Shown: positions 27,253 to 39,790, numbered from the stretch's first letter. The stretch: DNA of 64,000 nt from an uncultured Nitrospiraceae bacterium (GCA_963705105.1 CAVPIW010000005.1:224001-288000); one strand, 5' to 3'. Numbers and translations are program-made. Notes: generated from the letters alone by a model not told the origin.

Positions 27253-27594
27253 TTAATAAGTTTTACTGTCAGCAATTGCCATAAATTTTCGACCATCTCT
27301 CAAAGTACAAACAAAACATAATTCCTTTTTATTTCCACCTTTAAGTACGCCCGCAAGCCCCGCCGCTAAAGCAACTGGTGCAGCTATGACCCCGCCAAGA
27401 ACAGCACCTGTTATTCCCCAGCCAGCACTTCCCAATATTTTCTTTTTATTCTCTTCCGTCAGTAACTCAATATTTTCAATTTGATCTTTTAAATCAAAGC
27501 TCTTTCCCCAGCCCCAGACTAAATTGGCCTGTCCCAAAAAGGTTGATAATGATGCATTTTGTGGGAAGTCGCCAGCTATTATTTTAAAAGACAT
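27253..27594 (-). CDS. Hypothetical protein with a glycine-zipper segment
   Basis: GGAGG RBS; GSAGWG..GAVLGG.....AAGLAG; possible premature stop near the C-terminus. Confidence 0.65.
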   Translation of the reverse strand: MSFKIIAGDFPQNASLSTFLGQANLVWGWGKSFDLKDQIENIELLTEENKKKILGSAGWGITGAVLGGVIAAPVALAAGLAGVLKGGNKKELCFVCTLRDGRKFMAIADSKTY

Positions 27595-27846
27595 GGTCTT
27601 CTCCCTCCCCTTTTAACAGCGTTAGCGAGATGTCTGCTTTATGGCAGTCACTGCCTCCTCATGAGTACATAACAAGGCAACGGCTGCCCTTCGTCACATG
27701 ATACCCCAAAAAAGGGTAGCCGTCAATGGCAAGGACAATTACCTGACGAACACTGGTGTTACAACAGGCAACAGGGAACTCTGGTTTCATGAGCAACGAT
27801 TGCTATAGGGATATCGTATCCTTCTATCAGTTTCTGTCGGCCAACG

Positions 27847-28040
27847 TCAGTCCGTTTCGGGGTCTCTCTCCTCATACAAGATGTCAGGGCATATATCCCA
27901 TACACCAGCCCACTGGATGCTGCCGAGAAACGGCCTCACACGCTTGAATGCCCGTGGGTCTCTCAGTTCTCGAAAAATCCCCTTATCGAGATGCGGATAG
28001 ATGTCAAATCGCATTGCCTCACCGTTCATTAATATGATAG
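27847..28040 (-). pseudogene. DUF2442-like fragment
   Basis: NGE..RFD..P.LDKGIFREL.D...F..V.P..GSIQW....DICPD.LYE without a convincing N-terminus. Confidence 0.6.
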
Positions 28041-28246
28041 AGAAATAGATCGGCATTTGCCTGAACTGTCGACACTCTGTGGTGCATCGTTGCGTACTAT
28101 GGATCAATTGTGAAGACGGTCTGCTTCTTAATGGTCAGCTCCCAGTCTGCCAAAAGATAGCATTTAGTGACAGCATAACGGATAAATGGCGTGAGTCATG
28201 CAAGGATGACAAGTTTTGGCGGCGTATCGGGGCTAAAACGTCTGTC

Positions 28247-29032
28247 TCATCTTCTCTTCTCGCGGTTACAGAATTTCCATCTCATTAATCCTAACCCTAA
28301 CAATCCTGCACTAAAAAGGAGAATAGTCGATGGTTCAGGAACTGCGGTTGAATTCAAGGTGACTTTAACATTGTCAATGCCAAATCCTTCGTCAAGCCAA
28401 TAATCCCACGGCTGTAAGCCAGCGCCATATAGATGAATTCTGAACGTAAGATCTTCGGCATTGTGAGGAAAGGTGAAACTCAGATTGTATTCTGAGTCGC
28501 CATACCAGTAAGAGCCGTTGCTTCCAGGCCCACCGGCTAAATACCCAAGAACATCCGTACTGGCGGATCCTGTGCCCGCCTGGTAATCTCCCGTGCCATA
28601 TGTTCCTGGATAAGCCTGTCTGTTGTAAGGCCCTGTATTGCTGAAAGTCGTCTCCATAAGAATGGGACCGTCGTCAACACTAAATTGCCAAATGTCAGGA
28701 CCGCAACAATAGTTGCTGTTTCCATCCCATGTGCTAACGACATAAAGAGAAAACGATACCGTTGCGTCGACATGTTGTGGTAAAGCGGCGAGGGTAAGTG
28801 TTACATCAAAAGGCGCACCCGTTGGGCCTGGTGTTCCCATCATCCCGAGAAACCTTTCCCCATTTGGCGCCACCTCAGTCTGATTGAATGACCACTCATT
28901 ACCAATGACCCCAAGAGAAAAATCCTCGGAATAGAAGGTCAACGTATTAGCCCTACTATTATTCGGGTTGAACAAGACTACAACAACCACAAAAGTTAAT
29001 ATGATGATGATCGTTGCTCTTAGCGCTCTCAT
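28247..29032 (-). CDS. PEP-CTERM exosortase substrate protein
   Basis: Signal peptide; C-terminal VPEPSTILLFSAGLLGLGL plus basic tail; AAGGAGG RBS. Confidence 0.92.
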   Translation of the reverse strand: MRALRATIIIILTFVVVVVLFNPNNSRANTLTFYSEDFSLGVIGNEWSFNQTEVAPNGERFLGMMGTPGPTGAPFDVTLTLAALPQHVDATVSFSLYVVSTWDGNSNYCCGPDIWQFSVDDGPILMETTFSNTGPYNRQAYPGTYGTGDYQAGTGSASTDVLGYLAGGPGSNGSYWYGDSEYNLSFTFPHNAEDLTFRIHLYGAGLQPWDYWLDEGFGIDNVKVTLNSTAVPEPSTILLFSAGLLGLGLMRWKFCNREKRR

Positions 29033-29152
29033 ACTTTTTCATCCCTCCTTTACAATAAAATTTGAGTCCGAAAGGGCTTACCTTCATGCAACCCGATATC
29101 TTTCTCTTCTGTATGCCTGAAAAGAACGACTATCGAAGGGTAACGTCTATAA

Positions 29153-31103
29153 CCCATCTTCTACAGTAGCAAGAAAATAACTTTCTTATAACAAGGGGAT
29201 ATGAGGGCGCAAGAAGGGCGTGGCACTAGGAATCCCCTTGTCAGCTTCACGCTCACTGTCATGACGTCTCCATGTCCAATGCAGTCTGATTCAGTATCCT
29301 GACTGTCGGCGGCACAGCCACGCCCGCCGCCTGAAACGCCTTGCCGGCTTGTCCCTTGAGGTCGCTCCGGAGAAGGACCTCCTTCGTACCGGTCCGGATC
29401 GTCACTTCTTCGACCCTCTCCAGGTCACGGATCACATCAGCCCATTCCGCCTGCCACCCCTTCCTTTCCATCCGCCCCTGCAGTTCCTTGATCAGCACCA
29501 ATGCAAGGAAACTGCAGAACACATGCCCCCGGATCGTCTCGTCACACTTGTGGTAGATGGGCTGCGTGCTGAGGATGCTCTTCATGCTCCGGAAGATCTG
29601 CTCCACCATCCACAGCTGCTTGTACTGCAGCGCCACCTCCCGCGCCGGCAGTGTCGTGTTCGTCCTGAGGACCCACTTGCCGTCATACCGTCCCTCCGCC
29701 TTGATCTTGTCCTCATCGATCCCGAACCTCTGCCCCGTCGCCTTGAGGTACTTCCGGTACCCCTTGTTGCCCACCAATGTCTTGTGTCCCTGCTGCAGTT
29801 TGTCCCGCAGGGAGGCAACGATACTCTGCCGGTCAAGAGCGTCTTTCTTGGCCTGATCCTCGTTGTAACAGACGACGTACCGTCTGTCGTCAACACGCAC
29901 GTCCTTGACTTTCAGCGGTGAGGGCGCTTTGCTGTCCGCACCCTTGGGATACACTTCCTCATACCTGCCCGCCCGGCTGAGCACCTCCTGGGTGACCTCT
30001 TTCTGTCTCCTCATCCGGGCGCCCAGGATGTACGGGACCTCCCCCGTCTGCAACTCCTTGACCGTCGCCGCGCTGATCATCCCCCGGTCCGCCACGACAC
30101 AGACCCGCTGGATCCCAAACCGCTTGCGTAATCTCTCGGTGACGGGAAGAAGGCTCTTGACGTCCGTCGTGTTGCCCGGCCACAACTCACAGCACAACGG
30201 CCGACCCGCGCTGTCGATGATCACACCCACCACCATCTGCAGAAGGTCAGGCCGGTGGTCCTTGCTGTTGCCCAACTGCCCGATCTCCTCTCCCCCATTT
30301 CCTTCAAAATAGATGCTCGTGGTGTCAAAAAACACCAGGGTGAGATCTGTAAACAGGTCCCTCCGGCGCTCAAAGATCCCTTCTTCGATCAGGTCCTTCG
30401 TGCACCGGCAGGCAAAGGGTGTCGCCCCTTCCTGGTCGTCCTCCGGCAACTCCTCCCCTAACCATGCCATCGCCCGGTACAGGTGGTGCAGCTCGATCCC
30501 CTCCGCCGCCTCAATCCGGTAGTCGTCCTTCCACTTGTCCGCCGCCCTGTCAGAGCCCGATGCGCTGAGCCGGTGCAGCACCGTCAGATAGATCGCCCTC
30601 TCCACGGCAAACTGATACTTCCTCTGCGACAGCACGCGGGTGATCACGTCCGGGATGCCGAGTTCCTTCCATAGTCGGCCAAACACCAGAGGCAGTCCGA
30701 TCTTTTGCTGTCCCACAGACGGAACCTCTCCCTTGTCATAGGCATCAAGCAGGGCAAGCTTTTCTGAAAACCGCGCCCCCGAGCGTACGAGGCTGTCCAA
30801 AGCTCCCGATTCCCGGAGTTTATCGACACGCCCCAGGGTGGCGATGACTTTCTGGCGGACCTTGCCGTTTTCCCATCGGCTTTCAACGATCTGCAGATAG
30901 GAGCGGGGGCCGGATGGTTTGATTCTGATGAACATGACATTAATATTATACCCATTCTAATCCCTATTGGCAAGCTTATAATGGCTATGACGTGGCACTA
31001 TGTTTTGAGCTTCTTTCCAATTCCTCTCCTCATATCACCCTGTTTCTCATAGATTCTTATGTCTGATTCGGAGCGCTTTTCGGGTCCAACTGTAGAAGAT
31101 GGG
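29153..31103 (-). mobile_element. IS1634-family insertion sequence
   Basis: Perfect 15-bp inverted repeats CCCATCTTCTACAGT; TATAA duplicated (29148-29152, 31104-31108). Confidence 0.92.
29259..30935 (-). CDS. IS1634 transposase
   Basis: MFIR.K......YLQIVES, FFDTTSIYFEG, G.SKDHRPDL.Q, VADRGM, YK.LW.VE..FR..K. Confidence 0.93.
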   Translation of the reverse strand: MFIRIKPSGPRSYLQIVESRWENGKVRQKVIATLGRVDKLRESGALDSLVRSGARFSEKLALLDAYDKGEVPSVGQQKIGLPLVFGRLWKELGIPDVITRVLSQRKYQFAVERAIYLTVLHRLSASGSDRAADKWKDDYRIEAAEGIELHHLYRAMAWLGEELPEDDQEGATPFACRCTKDLIEEGIFERRRDLFTDLTLVFFDTTSIYFEGNGGEEIGQLGNSKDHRPDLLQMVVGVIIDSAGRPLCCELWPGNTTDVKSLLPVTERLRKRFGIQRVCVVADRGMISAATVKELQTGEVPYILGARMRRQKEVTQEVLSRAGRYEEVYPKGADSKAPSPLKVKDVRVDDRRYVVCYNEDQAKKDALDRQSIVASLRDKLQQGHKTLVGNKGYRKYLKATGQRFGIDEDKIKAEGRYDGKWVLRTNTTLPAREVALQYKQLWMVEQIFRSMKSILSTQPIYHKCDETIRGHVFCSFLALVLIKELQGRMERKGWQAEWADVIRDLERVEEVTIRTGTKEVLLRSDLKGQAGKAFQAAGVAVPPTVRILNQTALDMETS

Positions 31104-31544
31104 TATAACGATAAACGCCCTGGAACGGTACTCAATAGACCTATCCAATGCATTAAATCGCAATATTTATGCCTGTCATTTAACTTATTGATATTCAAAA
31201 AAGTCGCGCGCATGTCAGGGGAAAGTGTAAAGACCACCGACAGGCCACCTTGAAGATATGATCTGCTCATATTGCCGTTTGAAGACCTCTCTCTCCGTTA
31301 TTGTTGCAGGAAGTGTAAGATTAACCGACAAATTAATGCCATCGAGCCGTATCAGGCAAGTTAGATGCATGAGTTGATTTCGTGATCGCTCATTATCTGT
31401 GAAATTGCTTTTTTTTAATAACTTCGGGGTTTGCGGGCCACGATTGGCATAGGGATACATCCTTTGATCAGTTCCTTTCTTTCCACGTCACTCATCAAGG
31501 CAGGATTTTCATTATGGATAGGACACCCGAAAAATTGAATTATA

Positions 31545-31630
31545 AAGCCATTCACGCTGCGTACAAGTGTCAGGGCACAGATACTGTCCGCCAGCCCACC
31601 GTATTCTGCCGAGAAACGGGCCGGCATCAC
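31545..31630 (-). pseudogene. Second DUF2442-like C-terminal fragment
   Basis: GPFLGRIRWAGGQYLCPDT parallels RPFLGSIQWAGVWDICPDI at ~27870-27940. Confidence 0.5.
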
Positions 31631-31638
31631 GTCTACGA

Positions 31639-32964
31639 TCAACCTTCCAGCCTCGAGGCAAGATCTGACGGTGGTGAAAACACAAACTTCCGGCCTTCTT
31701 TGCGCATATCAAGAAGCCCCATATCCCGCAGGCCCAGCAAGTCCGTTCGGGCCGTCTGGTAGGTGATGCCATGCACAATGGCGTGGGCTTCGATTGTAAA
31801 TATCCCGTCAGGCTTTTCAAGAGCGCTTGTCAGAAGCGTCCGCTGCCTCATATTCAGAGCGGGGTATTTCGCCGCAAAGCGGAATGCGCTCTTCTTCTCC
31901 CGCTGTTTTCGATCGAGATACTCGTTCAGTTTCTCTATCGCGCGGTGAATGGCCCTGAGATTATAGTAGATGAAGTACGTGACGTCGTTGTCGTCAATCT
32001 CGGAATACAGAAACGATCTGTAGTACTGGGCTCTCGCATTGAGAATAGCCGTGGAGATCGACAGGTACTCGAATAGCCAATAGCGATGCTTGAGCGCGTA
32101 CCAATAGAGCAATGCCCGAGCCGTTCGCCCGTTGCCGTCCATGAAGGGATGAACATAGGCGAGCCAGAAATGCAGAATAATGCCCTTGACGACGGGGTTG
32201 ACGAATGCGTCCTCGCCATTGGTGTTCGCAAAGTCGCACATGCTTGCCATGAGTTCGGGCACATCGCCGGCCTTTGGAGGAATATGGAGCACCGTCCGCC
32301 CGTCAATGTCAGCCACGTGTATCTCCTCATCACCAGGGGACCTGAATCGACCCGCCCATGAAGAGTCATCCAGTGTATTGATGGTCATTGCGGCATGAAT
32401 CTCCTGTATCAGTCCGATCGTGAGGGGTTCCCTGAGCCGCTTCTTCAGGAGCTGCATCGACAGATAGTTGTTATAGATCATCTGCTCGGATCGGTCTCGC
32501 GGCCGTCTGCCTGTCTGCAGCATTTCTTTCGCTATGACACGCGTTGTCGCCGCTCCCTCGATCCGGCTGGATGATATCGCTTCATCGACGAGGGACCCTA
32601 TCATGTATCTCTTCTTTTCGTCCCCGTGGACTGAGGGGTCATCAACGAGGATAGATCCGCCTGCCTGCCGGTCTATGAAATCAAGCTCCCGGAGCACGCA
32701 ATCGGGAAGCCAATACACGAAATTGTGTCCCGATGGGTCAGCCAGGGGAAGGGACCTGTGCTGAACGAGCCGGGAAAGCTTTACCATGCCCCACGCCGTC
32801 TCGGGGTCAGCGCCTTCCGGCAGAGGCTGGTATTTCAACTGGTCCCAGTACATATAGTCGCTGTTTGCCTTTCTGACGAGGTCCATCATCTTATATGCCA
32901 ATGCACCCGCAATTGGCTTTTTCAGCGTTTCCTCCCAGCGGGGCGCCTTCTCCGGTTTTTTCAA
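31639..32964 (-). CDS. Fic family protein with C-terminal HTH
   Basis: Canonical HPFMDGNGRTAR; inhibitory-helix-like SSRIEG; C-terminal YQTARTDL. Confidence 0.93.
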   Translation of the reverse strand: MKKPEKAPRWEETLKKPIAGALAYKMMDLVRKANSDYMYWDQLKYQPLPEGADPETAWGMVKLSRLVQHRSLPLADPSGHNFVYWLPDCVLRELDFIDRQAGGSILVDDPSVHGDEKKRYMIGSLVDEAISSSRIEGAATTRVIAKEMLQTGRRPRDRSEQMIYNNYLSMQLLKKRLREPLTIGLIQEIHAAMTINTLDDSSWAGRFRSPGDEEIHVADIDGRTVLHIPPKAGDVPELMASMCDFANTNGEDAFVNPVVKGIILHFWLAYVHPFMDGNGRTARALLYWYALKHRYWLFEYLSISTAILNARAQYYRSFLYSEIDDNDVTYFIYYNLRAIHRAIEKLNEYLDRKQREKKSAFRFAAKYPALNMRQRTLLTSALEKPDGIFTIEAHAIVHGITYQTARTDLLGLRDMGLLDMRKEGRKFVFSPPSDLASRLEG

Positions 32965-33181
32965 TGAACCTCCAAATACTAATTTGACATTAATTAGTAC
33001 ATAATTAGGAACAGAACAGGTAATTTAATATAAATACTAATTTATTTTACTTTAGTAATTTACCCTTGTCAAGGATATTATTATTCAAACAACTCGGGCT
33101 TTTACGGGGTCGTCAAGGTTTAGGTATAATACGATTGCTTCGATAACAGTATAGAGAACGCAAGGCAGCGGAGGCGAGATC

Positions 33182-33514
33182 ATGGAAATCGATGTGCAGA
33201 TGGGAGGAGACTCCCTTTCGATACCTGTTGACAATCCGTACCGTATCGATATGAACGCCCTTACGAGACAGATCGAGGACTTTGCCGCCATACGGGGGAC
33301 GAGCGTAACCGGCCTCGACATCAGGGGACTCCTGCCGCGCATGGTCAAGGGAGTTGCGGGATGCGAGAACGGCTGCCCGGCCAACGCACTGAGTCTGGTC
33401 CGGGAAGGGTTCGGGAATTTCGAGCTTGCCTACGTGGAGGGGGGAATCCTGAAGGCACAGGCGCCCATGGAAAACGGACGGGCCCTCTCCATCAAGATCT
33501 TTCCCGATTTCTGA
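33182..33514 (+). CDS. Conserved hypothetical protein (GCE.GCP motif)
   Basis: GGAGG RBS; host-like codon usage. Confidence 0.7.
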   Translation: MEIDVQMGGDSLSIPVDNPYRIDMNALTRQIEDFAAIRGTSVTGLDIRGLLPRMVKGVAGCENGCPANALSLVREGFGNFELAYVEGGILKAQAPMENGRALSIKIFPDF

Positions 33515-35221
<1,707 letters not shown>

Positions 35222-35366
35222 AATGCTTCCCCTGTGTGTTTATTCGGTTTTGCTATCAAAGTATTTTAGCATAGACCTGATCGATGCATAAGCCCCGGAA
35301 AAATCATTAAGCCACGAGTCATTAGGCGGTAGTCGACAGTCGGAACCAGACGACAAAGGCACCGAC

Positions 35367-35534
35367 GGAAAGGCTGATGTGGCGAAAAGCCTTTCCTCTA
35401 GGATGCCTTGTTCATCTCCGGACCACCCTTCGCCGTGTCGATCGATACCGGAAGCCCGTCAGGCAACAGAGGCCGAACACCTTGAGATGTCTCATCATCG
35501 CCTTGGAAAGACTTTGAACCATTTCTGCCTACCC
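35367..35534. repeat. Family A element, copy 4 (diverged)
   Basis: Collinear with 7862-8029. Confidence 0.8.
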
Positions 35535-35626
35535 GGCGGGGAGCAACGTTCAAGGGGAGAGAGTTAACTTGCACAGCTGCCGGTCGGGTGACTGTTTTTC
35601 GCACAGATGTGGTAAAATAAAAAATT

Positions 35627-35710
35627 GCCGAAGTGGCGGAATTGGCAGACGCGCTAGGTTCAGGGTCTAGTGGTCGAGAGGCCGTGCGGGTTCGACTCCC
35701 GCCTTCGGCA
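35627..35710 (+). tRNA. tRNA-Leu(CAG)
   Basis: GCCGAAG/CTTCGGC acceptor stem, anticodon loop TT-CAG-GG, long variable arm, GGTTCGACT T-loop; no encoded CCA. Confidence 0.96.
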
Positions 35711-35742
35711 TTTTTTTATGCCTCACGGGCATGCTACCGCCT

Positions 35743-35931
35743 TCAGGCGACGACCGCACCCTGCGAGAAGATGCACCTGTCCGTGACGACTCCCTGCTCT
35801 CCCTCGATTTCGAAGCTGTAATCCTCCACGACTTTCGCCTCTTTCAAACGGTCGAGGATCTCCTTCAGAAGCCAATGGGCATCGGACGGGTCCGTGCCGG
35901 TGAAGTTCAGCTCTACTTTAGCCTTCATCAA
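35743..35931 (-). CDS. Small hypothetical protein
   Basis: Overlaps the purB end; GGAGG RBS; host-like codons. Confidence 0.6.
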   Translation of the reverse strand: MMKAKVELNFTGTDPSDAHWLLKEILDRLKEAKVVEDYSFEIEGEQGVVTDRCIFSQGAVVA

Positions 35932-37222
35932 ACACCCTCCTGAACAAAAAGTCCACGTGTCTCAGGTAAAAATCCAGGTTGAAGATATTCCCGATCTCGT
36001 CCCCGCTCAGGACCGCCGTGACGGCCCCATCGCCGCTAAGGAGCTCCCTGAAGGGCTTTCCCTCCCGCCAGCTCCGCATCGCGTTGCGCTGCACGATGTC
36101 ATAGGCCTCTTCCCTCGTCATCCCTTTGCCGACGAGGGCGAGAAGCACCCGCTGGGAGTTGTAGAGTCCGAAGCTCCGCTGCATGTTCGCCTCCATTCTC
36201 TCCGGGTAGACCTGGAGGTCCCTGAGGGTGCAGGTGAGCCTGTTCAGCATATAGTCGACCAGGATCGTGCTGTCGGGAATGATCACCCTCTCGACGGATG
36301 AATGGGAGATGTCCCGCTCATGCCAGAGGGCGATATTTTCAATGGCCGGGATGACGTTCGCCCTGACCACGCGGGCAAGGCCGGAGAGGTTCTCGCATCC
36401 CACGGGATTCCTCTTGTGGGGCATCGCCGACGACCCCTTTTGGCCTGCCGTAAAAGGCTCCTCGGCCTCGAGGACCTCCGTTCGCTGGAGGTGCCTGATC
36501 TCGACGGCGATCTTCTCCACAGAGGCGGCGACGAGGGCGAGGGCTGCGAGGTACTCCGCATGACGGTCCCGCTGTATAACCTGTGTTGCGATCGATTCGG
36601 GCCTGAGGCCGAGGCGCGAGCAGACTTTTTCCTCCAACTCTGGAGGCATGTTCGAAAAGGTGCCGACGGCGCCGGAGATCTTGCCGACGCTGATCACGTC
36701 CCGGGCCTGCTCCATGCGGCGGAGACTCCGCTTCGCATCCTCGTACCAGAGCGCGAATTTGAGCCCGAAGGTCATCGGTTCGGCATGAACGCCGTGACTC
36801 CTGCCCATGCAGGGTGTGGCCTTGTATGCGTAGGCATTCTCTTTCAGCACGGACATCAGCTCCCTAATGTCGCCGGAGATGATGTCCGCCGCCTCCTTCA
36901 TGAGGAGGGTCAGGGCCGTGTCCGTCACGTCCGAGGACGTCATTCCCAGGTGGATGAACCGCGACTCAGGGCCGACGAACTCCGCCACGGAGGTGAGGAA
37001 GGCGATCACGTCGTGTTTGACGGTCCGCTCGATCTCGTCGATCCTGGCAATGTCGAACCGGGCCTTCTCCTTTATGATCCTCACCGCCTCGTGAGGAATC
37101 TCTCCCAGTTCCTCCCATCCCTCGCAGACGGCAATCTCTACATCGAGCCACTTCCGGAACCTGTTCTCCGGCTCCCAGATCCTGCCCATCTCCTTTCGTG
37201 TGTATCGCGATATCATCGACAT
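35918..37222 (-). CDS. purB: Adenylosuccinate lyase
   Basis: [40 protein letters not shown]. Confidence 0.98.
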   Translation of the reverse strand: MSMISRYTRKEMGRIWEPENRFRKWLDVEIAVCEGWEELGEIPHEAVRIIKEKARFDIARIDEIERTVKHDVIAFLTSVAEFVGPESRFIHLGMTSSDVTDTALTLLMKEAADIISGDIRELMSVLKENAYAYKATPCMGRSHGVHAEPMTFGLKFALWYEDAKRSLRRMEQARDVISVGKISGAVGTFSNMPPELEEKVCSRLGLRPESIATQVIQRDRHAEYLAALALVAASVEKIAVEIRHLQRTEVLEAEEPFTAGQKGSSAMPHKRNPVGCENLSGLARVVRANVIPAIENIALWHERDISHSSVERVIIPDSTILVDYMLNRLTCTLRDLQVYPERMEANMQRSFGLYNSQRVLLALVGKGMTREEAYDIVQRNAMRSWREGKPFRELLSGDGAVTAVLSGDEIGNIFNLDFYLRHVDFLFRRVFDEG

Positions 37223-37311
37223 CCTCCCATATCTGTGTCGGGTTCTATATTAGCAGGTTTCGGGGGCACATGAGAACAGGCATTCTTAAACTTATCGCTG
37301 CAACGGGACAT

Positions 37312-37390
37312 CCGGAAAGGCGGGGCGAAGATGCCGTAGAACAGTACACAGCAGACAGGAATCAGACGACAAAGGCACGACGGGAATCCA
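37312..37390. repeat. Family C single arm plus linker, no family A insert
   Basis: CCGGAAAGGCGGGGCGAAGATGCC... is the reverse complement of the right flank of the composite at 10042-10126. Confidence 0.65.
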
Positions 37391-37396
37391 CACATG

Positions 37397-38344
37397 CTAC
37401 AGGGTGCCGAGTGCCCTGTAGAGACCTGTAACGACCTCTGCCATTTTGCCGTAATCGAGAGTGTCGGCGGTATCGCCCGGCCCATGGTAGTTCGGATTGC
37501 GGTAGAAGGCCGTGTCGGTGACCATGAAGGCCCGATACCCGAATTTCCAGAAGCTCCGGTGGTCGGAGAAATCGACTCCCGGGATGATCGACGGCGAACT
37601 CAGCGATTCCACGGGCATCGTAGAGGTCTCCCGGAAGGCGCGCTGCATCCTTTTCGTGAAGGGCAGTGACGAGATGTTCCCCACGAAAGCGATGAAATTC
37701 CCCCGTGTCGGATAGAAGAGCCTGAAAAACGGCAGCGGGAAATACTGGGATCCCTCTTCGCCGGAATAGAAGCCGAGCATCTCGAGGGCGATCATCCCGT
37801 ATACCTTTGCGCCCTCCTCTCTGAGGCTCTTCGCGTAGACATGGCTGCCCATCCGGCTCGTCATGAAGACCGGCGGCTCCTCAAGGGTGAAGGCAACGAA
37901 CCGCACAGTCCGACTCATCGGCCTCTCCGATGTCATCCTCGCCAGCTCGATGAGGCCCGCCATGGCGCTCGCATTGTCGTCTGCGCCGGGTGTCCCGATG
38001 ACCGTGTCGTAGTGAGCGCCCACGACGACAATGCCGTCATCATCCGCCCCCGTGCCCTTCACCTCGCCGATGATGTTGTAGTATGTGTTGTCCTTGTATA
38101 CGAAGGCCTGCCGGCTGACGACGCAACGGGCCGAACGGAGGGAATCTTCGATGAACTGCGCCGCCCGGTTGAGCTTTTCAACGTCGCGGAAACTCCGCTG
38201 GCCGATCTCCTCAGCGAGGAACCGCACCGTCATTCTGAGACGCGCTTCCATATCTTTCCTTTCGTCAGCTTGCGACAAGCCCGGTGAAAACGCCGCCATG
38301 CAGAGGACTGTGAGAACCGTCCAAGATATGGCAGCCCTGATCAT
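37397..38344 (-). CDS. M28 family peptidase
   Basis: VGAHYD, PGADDNAS, F.LEEPP, LEMLG, SDH.SFW, YH...DT. Confidence 0.9.
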   Translation of the reverse strand: MIRAAISWTVLTVLCMAAFSPGLSQADERKDMEARLRMTVRFLAEEIGQRSFRDVEKLNRAAQFIEDSLRSARCVVSRQAFVYKDNTYYNIIGEVKGTGADDDGIVVVGAHYDTVIGTPGADDNASAMAGLIELARMTSERPMSRTVRFVAFTLEEPPVFMTSRMGSHVYAKSLREEGAKVYGMIALEMLGFYSGEEGSQYFPLPFFRLFYPTRGNFIAFVGNISSLPFTKRMQRAFRETSTMPVESLSSPSIIPGVDFSDHRSFWKFGYRAFMVTDTAFYRNPNYHGPGDTADTLDYGKMAEVVTGLYRALGTL

Positions 38345-38492
38345 AATTATCCCACATCACTGGTGTCCATAATAATCTGACATGACGATGAGTATGCCCG
38401 TAAACATTGTTTCAAAAACCAAACCCGCTCCTCGTTTGCAAGGTGTCGCTGCAAGCTTATGACGCAGGTGACCTCACATATTTATTGTACCC

Positions 38493-39710
38493 CTATCGGG
38501 AATGAACCTGCTGCTCTCTGCGCTGAGAGGAGTCCCGGCAAAGTGTAAAGAGTGAGACAAAGGCCGCCCCGATCGACAGCAGGCAGATGGCAACAACGCC
38601 GTGCCAACCCCGGCTGTGCCAGAGCAGTCCCGGGACGATCGCCCCGGCGCCGCCTCCGGTGTAATAGAAAAAGAGATAGAGCGATGACGCGGACCCCTTC
38701 CCTTCCCGTGCAAGGTCACCGACGAGGGCGCTCGCTGCGGGCTGGCTGATGAAGAGCCCAGCGCAGAGGAGAAACAGGCCGCCGATAATGACCCCGAGGT
38801 GGGGCAGAAAAGTCAGAAGCATGCCCCCTGAAGCAGTGATCAATCCCGCGCATATGACGGGCGTCCTCCCGTAGCGGCTCGACAGGGAACCCGCCACGGG
38901 CGAAACGACTCCGGCGATGTAGATGCTGAAAAGGAGACCCAGAGACGTCGTCGAGAGGCTGTAGGGAGGAGCGCTGAGGTGGAATGTGACATACGTAAAG
39001 GCGCCGGTGAACGTGAAAAAGAGCATGAAGGCGATGGTGAACACGCCGAGAAGGCGCCGGCTTCCCAAATGCCTGAAAAGACCCGCAAGTGACTCCAGCA
39101 CGCCTCCCCTCCCCCTGAACCTCGACGAGGGAGGCAAATACCGGACCATGAGGATGCCGCCGGCAAGATTGAGGACGCTGAAAATGAGGAATGCCGTCCG
39201 CCATCCCAGTTGCCCTGAGAGCACGCCGCCGAAGACCCTGCCGAAGAAACCCGCCGCTATCATGGAACTGACGTATATCCCCATTCCCCTGCCCACGAGG
39301 GAAGGCGGGAACTCCTCCGCTATGTAGGCCATGGCAATCGCAGCGATCCCCGCGACAAAGAGACCCTGAAGGGACCGGAAAAAGAGGAATGCCTGGAAAT
39401 CTGTCGCAAAAGCGATGAGCGCCGTCGGCACGGTGAGGAGGAAACCGGAAAGGACCATAACCGGCTTGCGGCCGACGATATCCGAGAGGGGCCCGCAGAT
39501 GAGCAGCCCGCAGGAGAGGGAAAAAATGGTGAAGGACACGGCGAGGCTTGCGACAGGAGGGCTCACCGTGAATTCGGCGCCCAGGAGCGGCAGGATCGGT
39601 TGCGCGATATAGATGTCCGAGATCACGGCCACGGTGCCGAACCACAGGGTCCGGAGCGCCCTCCGGTAGGACGCGGCATCAGCGGGTTTGCTCTGGAGAG
39701 CCTGTTTCAT
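38493..39710 (-). CDS. MFS transporter (YnfM-like)
   Basis: Y.AQPILP, GPLSD.VGRK, AYIAEEF...G.GMG.Y; about 12 hydrophobic segments. Confidence 0.9.
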   Translation of the reverse strand: MKQALQSKPADAASYRRALRTLWFGTVAVISDIYIAQPILPLLGAEFTVSPPVASLAVSFTIFSLSCGLLICGPLSDIVGRKPVMVLSGFLLTVPTALIAFATDFQAFLFFRSLQGLFVAGIAAIAMAYIAEEFPPSLVGRGMGIYVSSMIAAGFFGRVFGGVLSGQLGWRTAFLIFSVLNLAGGILMVRYLPPSSRFRGRGGVLESLAGLFRHLGSRRLLGVFTIAFMLFFTFTGAFTYVTFHLSAPPYSLSTTSLGLLFSIYIAGVVSPVAGSLSSRYGRTPVICAGLITASGGMLLTFLPHLGVIIGGLFLLCAGLFISQPAASALVGDLAREGKGSASSLYLFFYYTGGGAGAIVPGLLWHSRGWHGVVAICLLSIGAAFVSLFTLCRDSSQRREQQVHSR

Positions 39711-39790
39711 GCCCCTTTCCTCATTCCGGTGTGCTCTGTCCTCTGTCCTTCCTGTCGCCATCCCCACCGCTGTTGATGTAAAATAACCCC

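Noticed and set aside
27595..27630. GTTAAAA before the RBS of 27253-27594 as a cassette start
   Set aside because: No matching attC hairpin nearby.
35627..35710. tRNA-Leu as the integration site of the 20.6-33 kb island
   Set aside because: No duplicated tRNA 3' end seen, no phage-type integrase, and glnS lies between the tRNA and the island.
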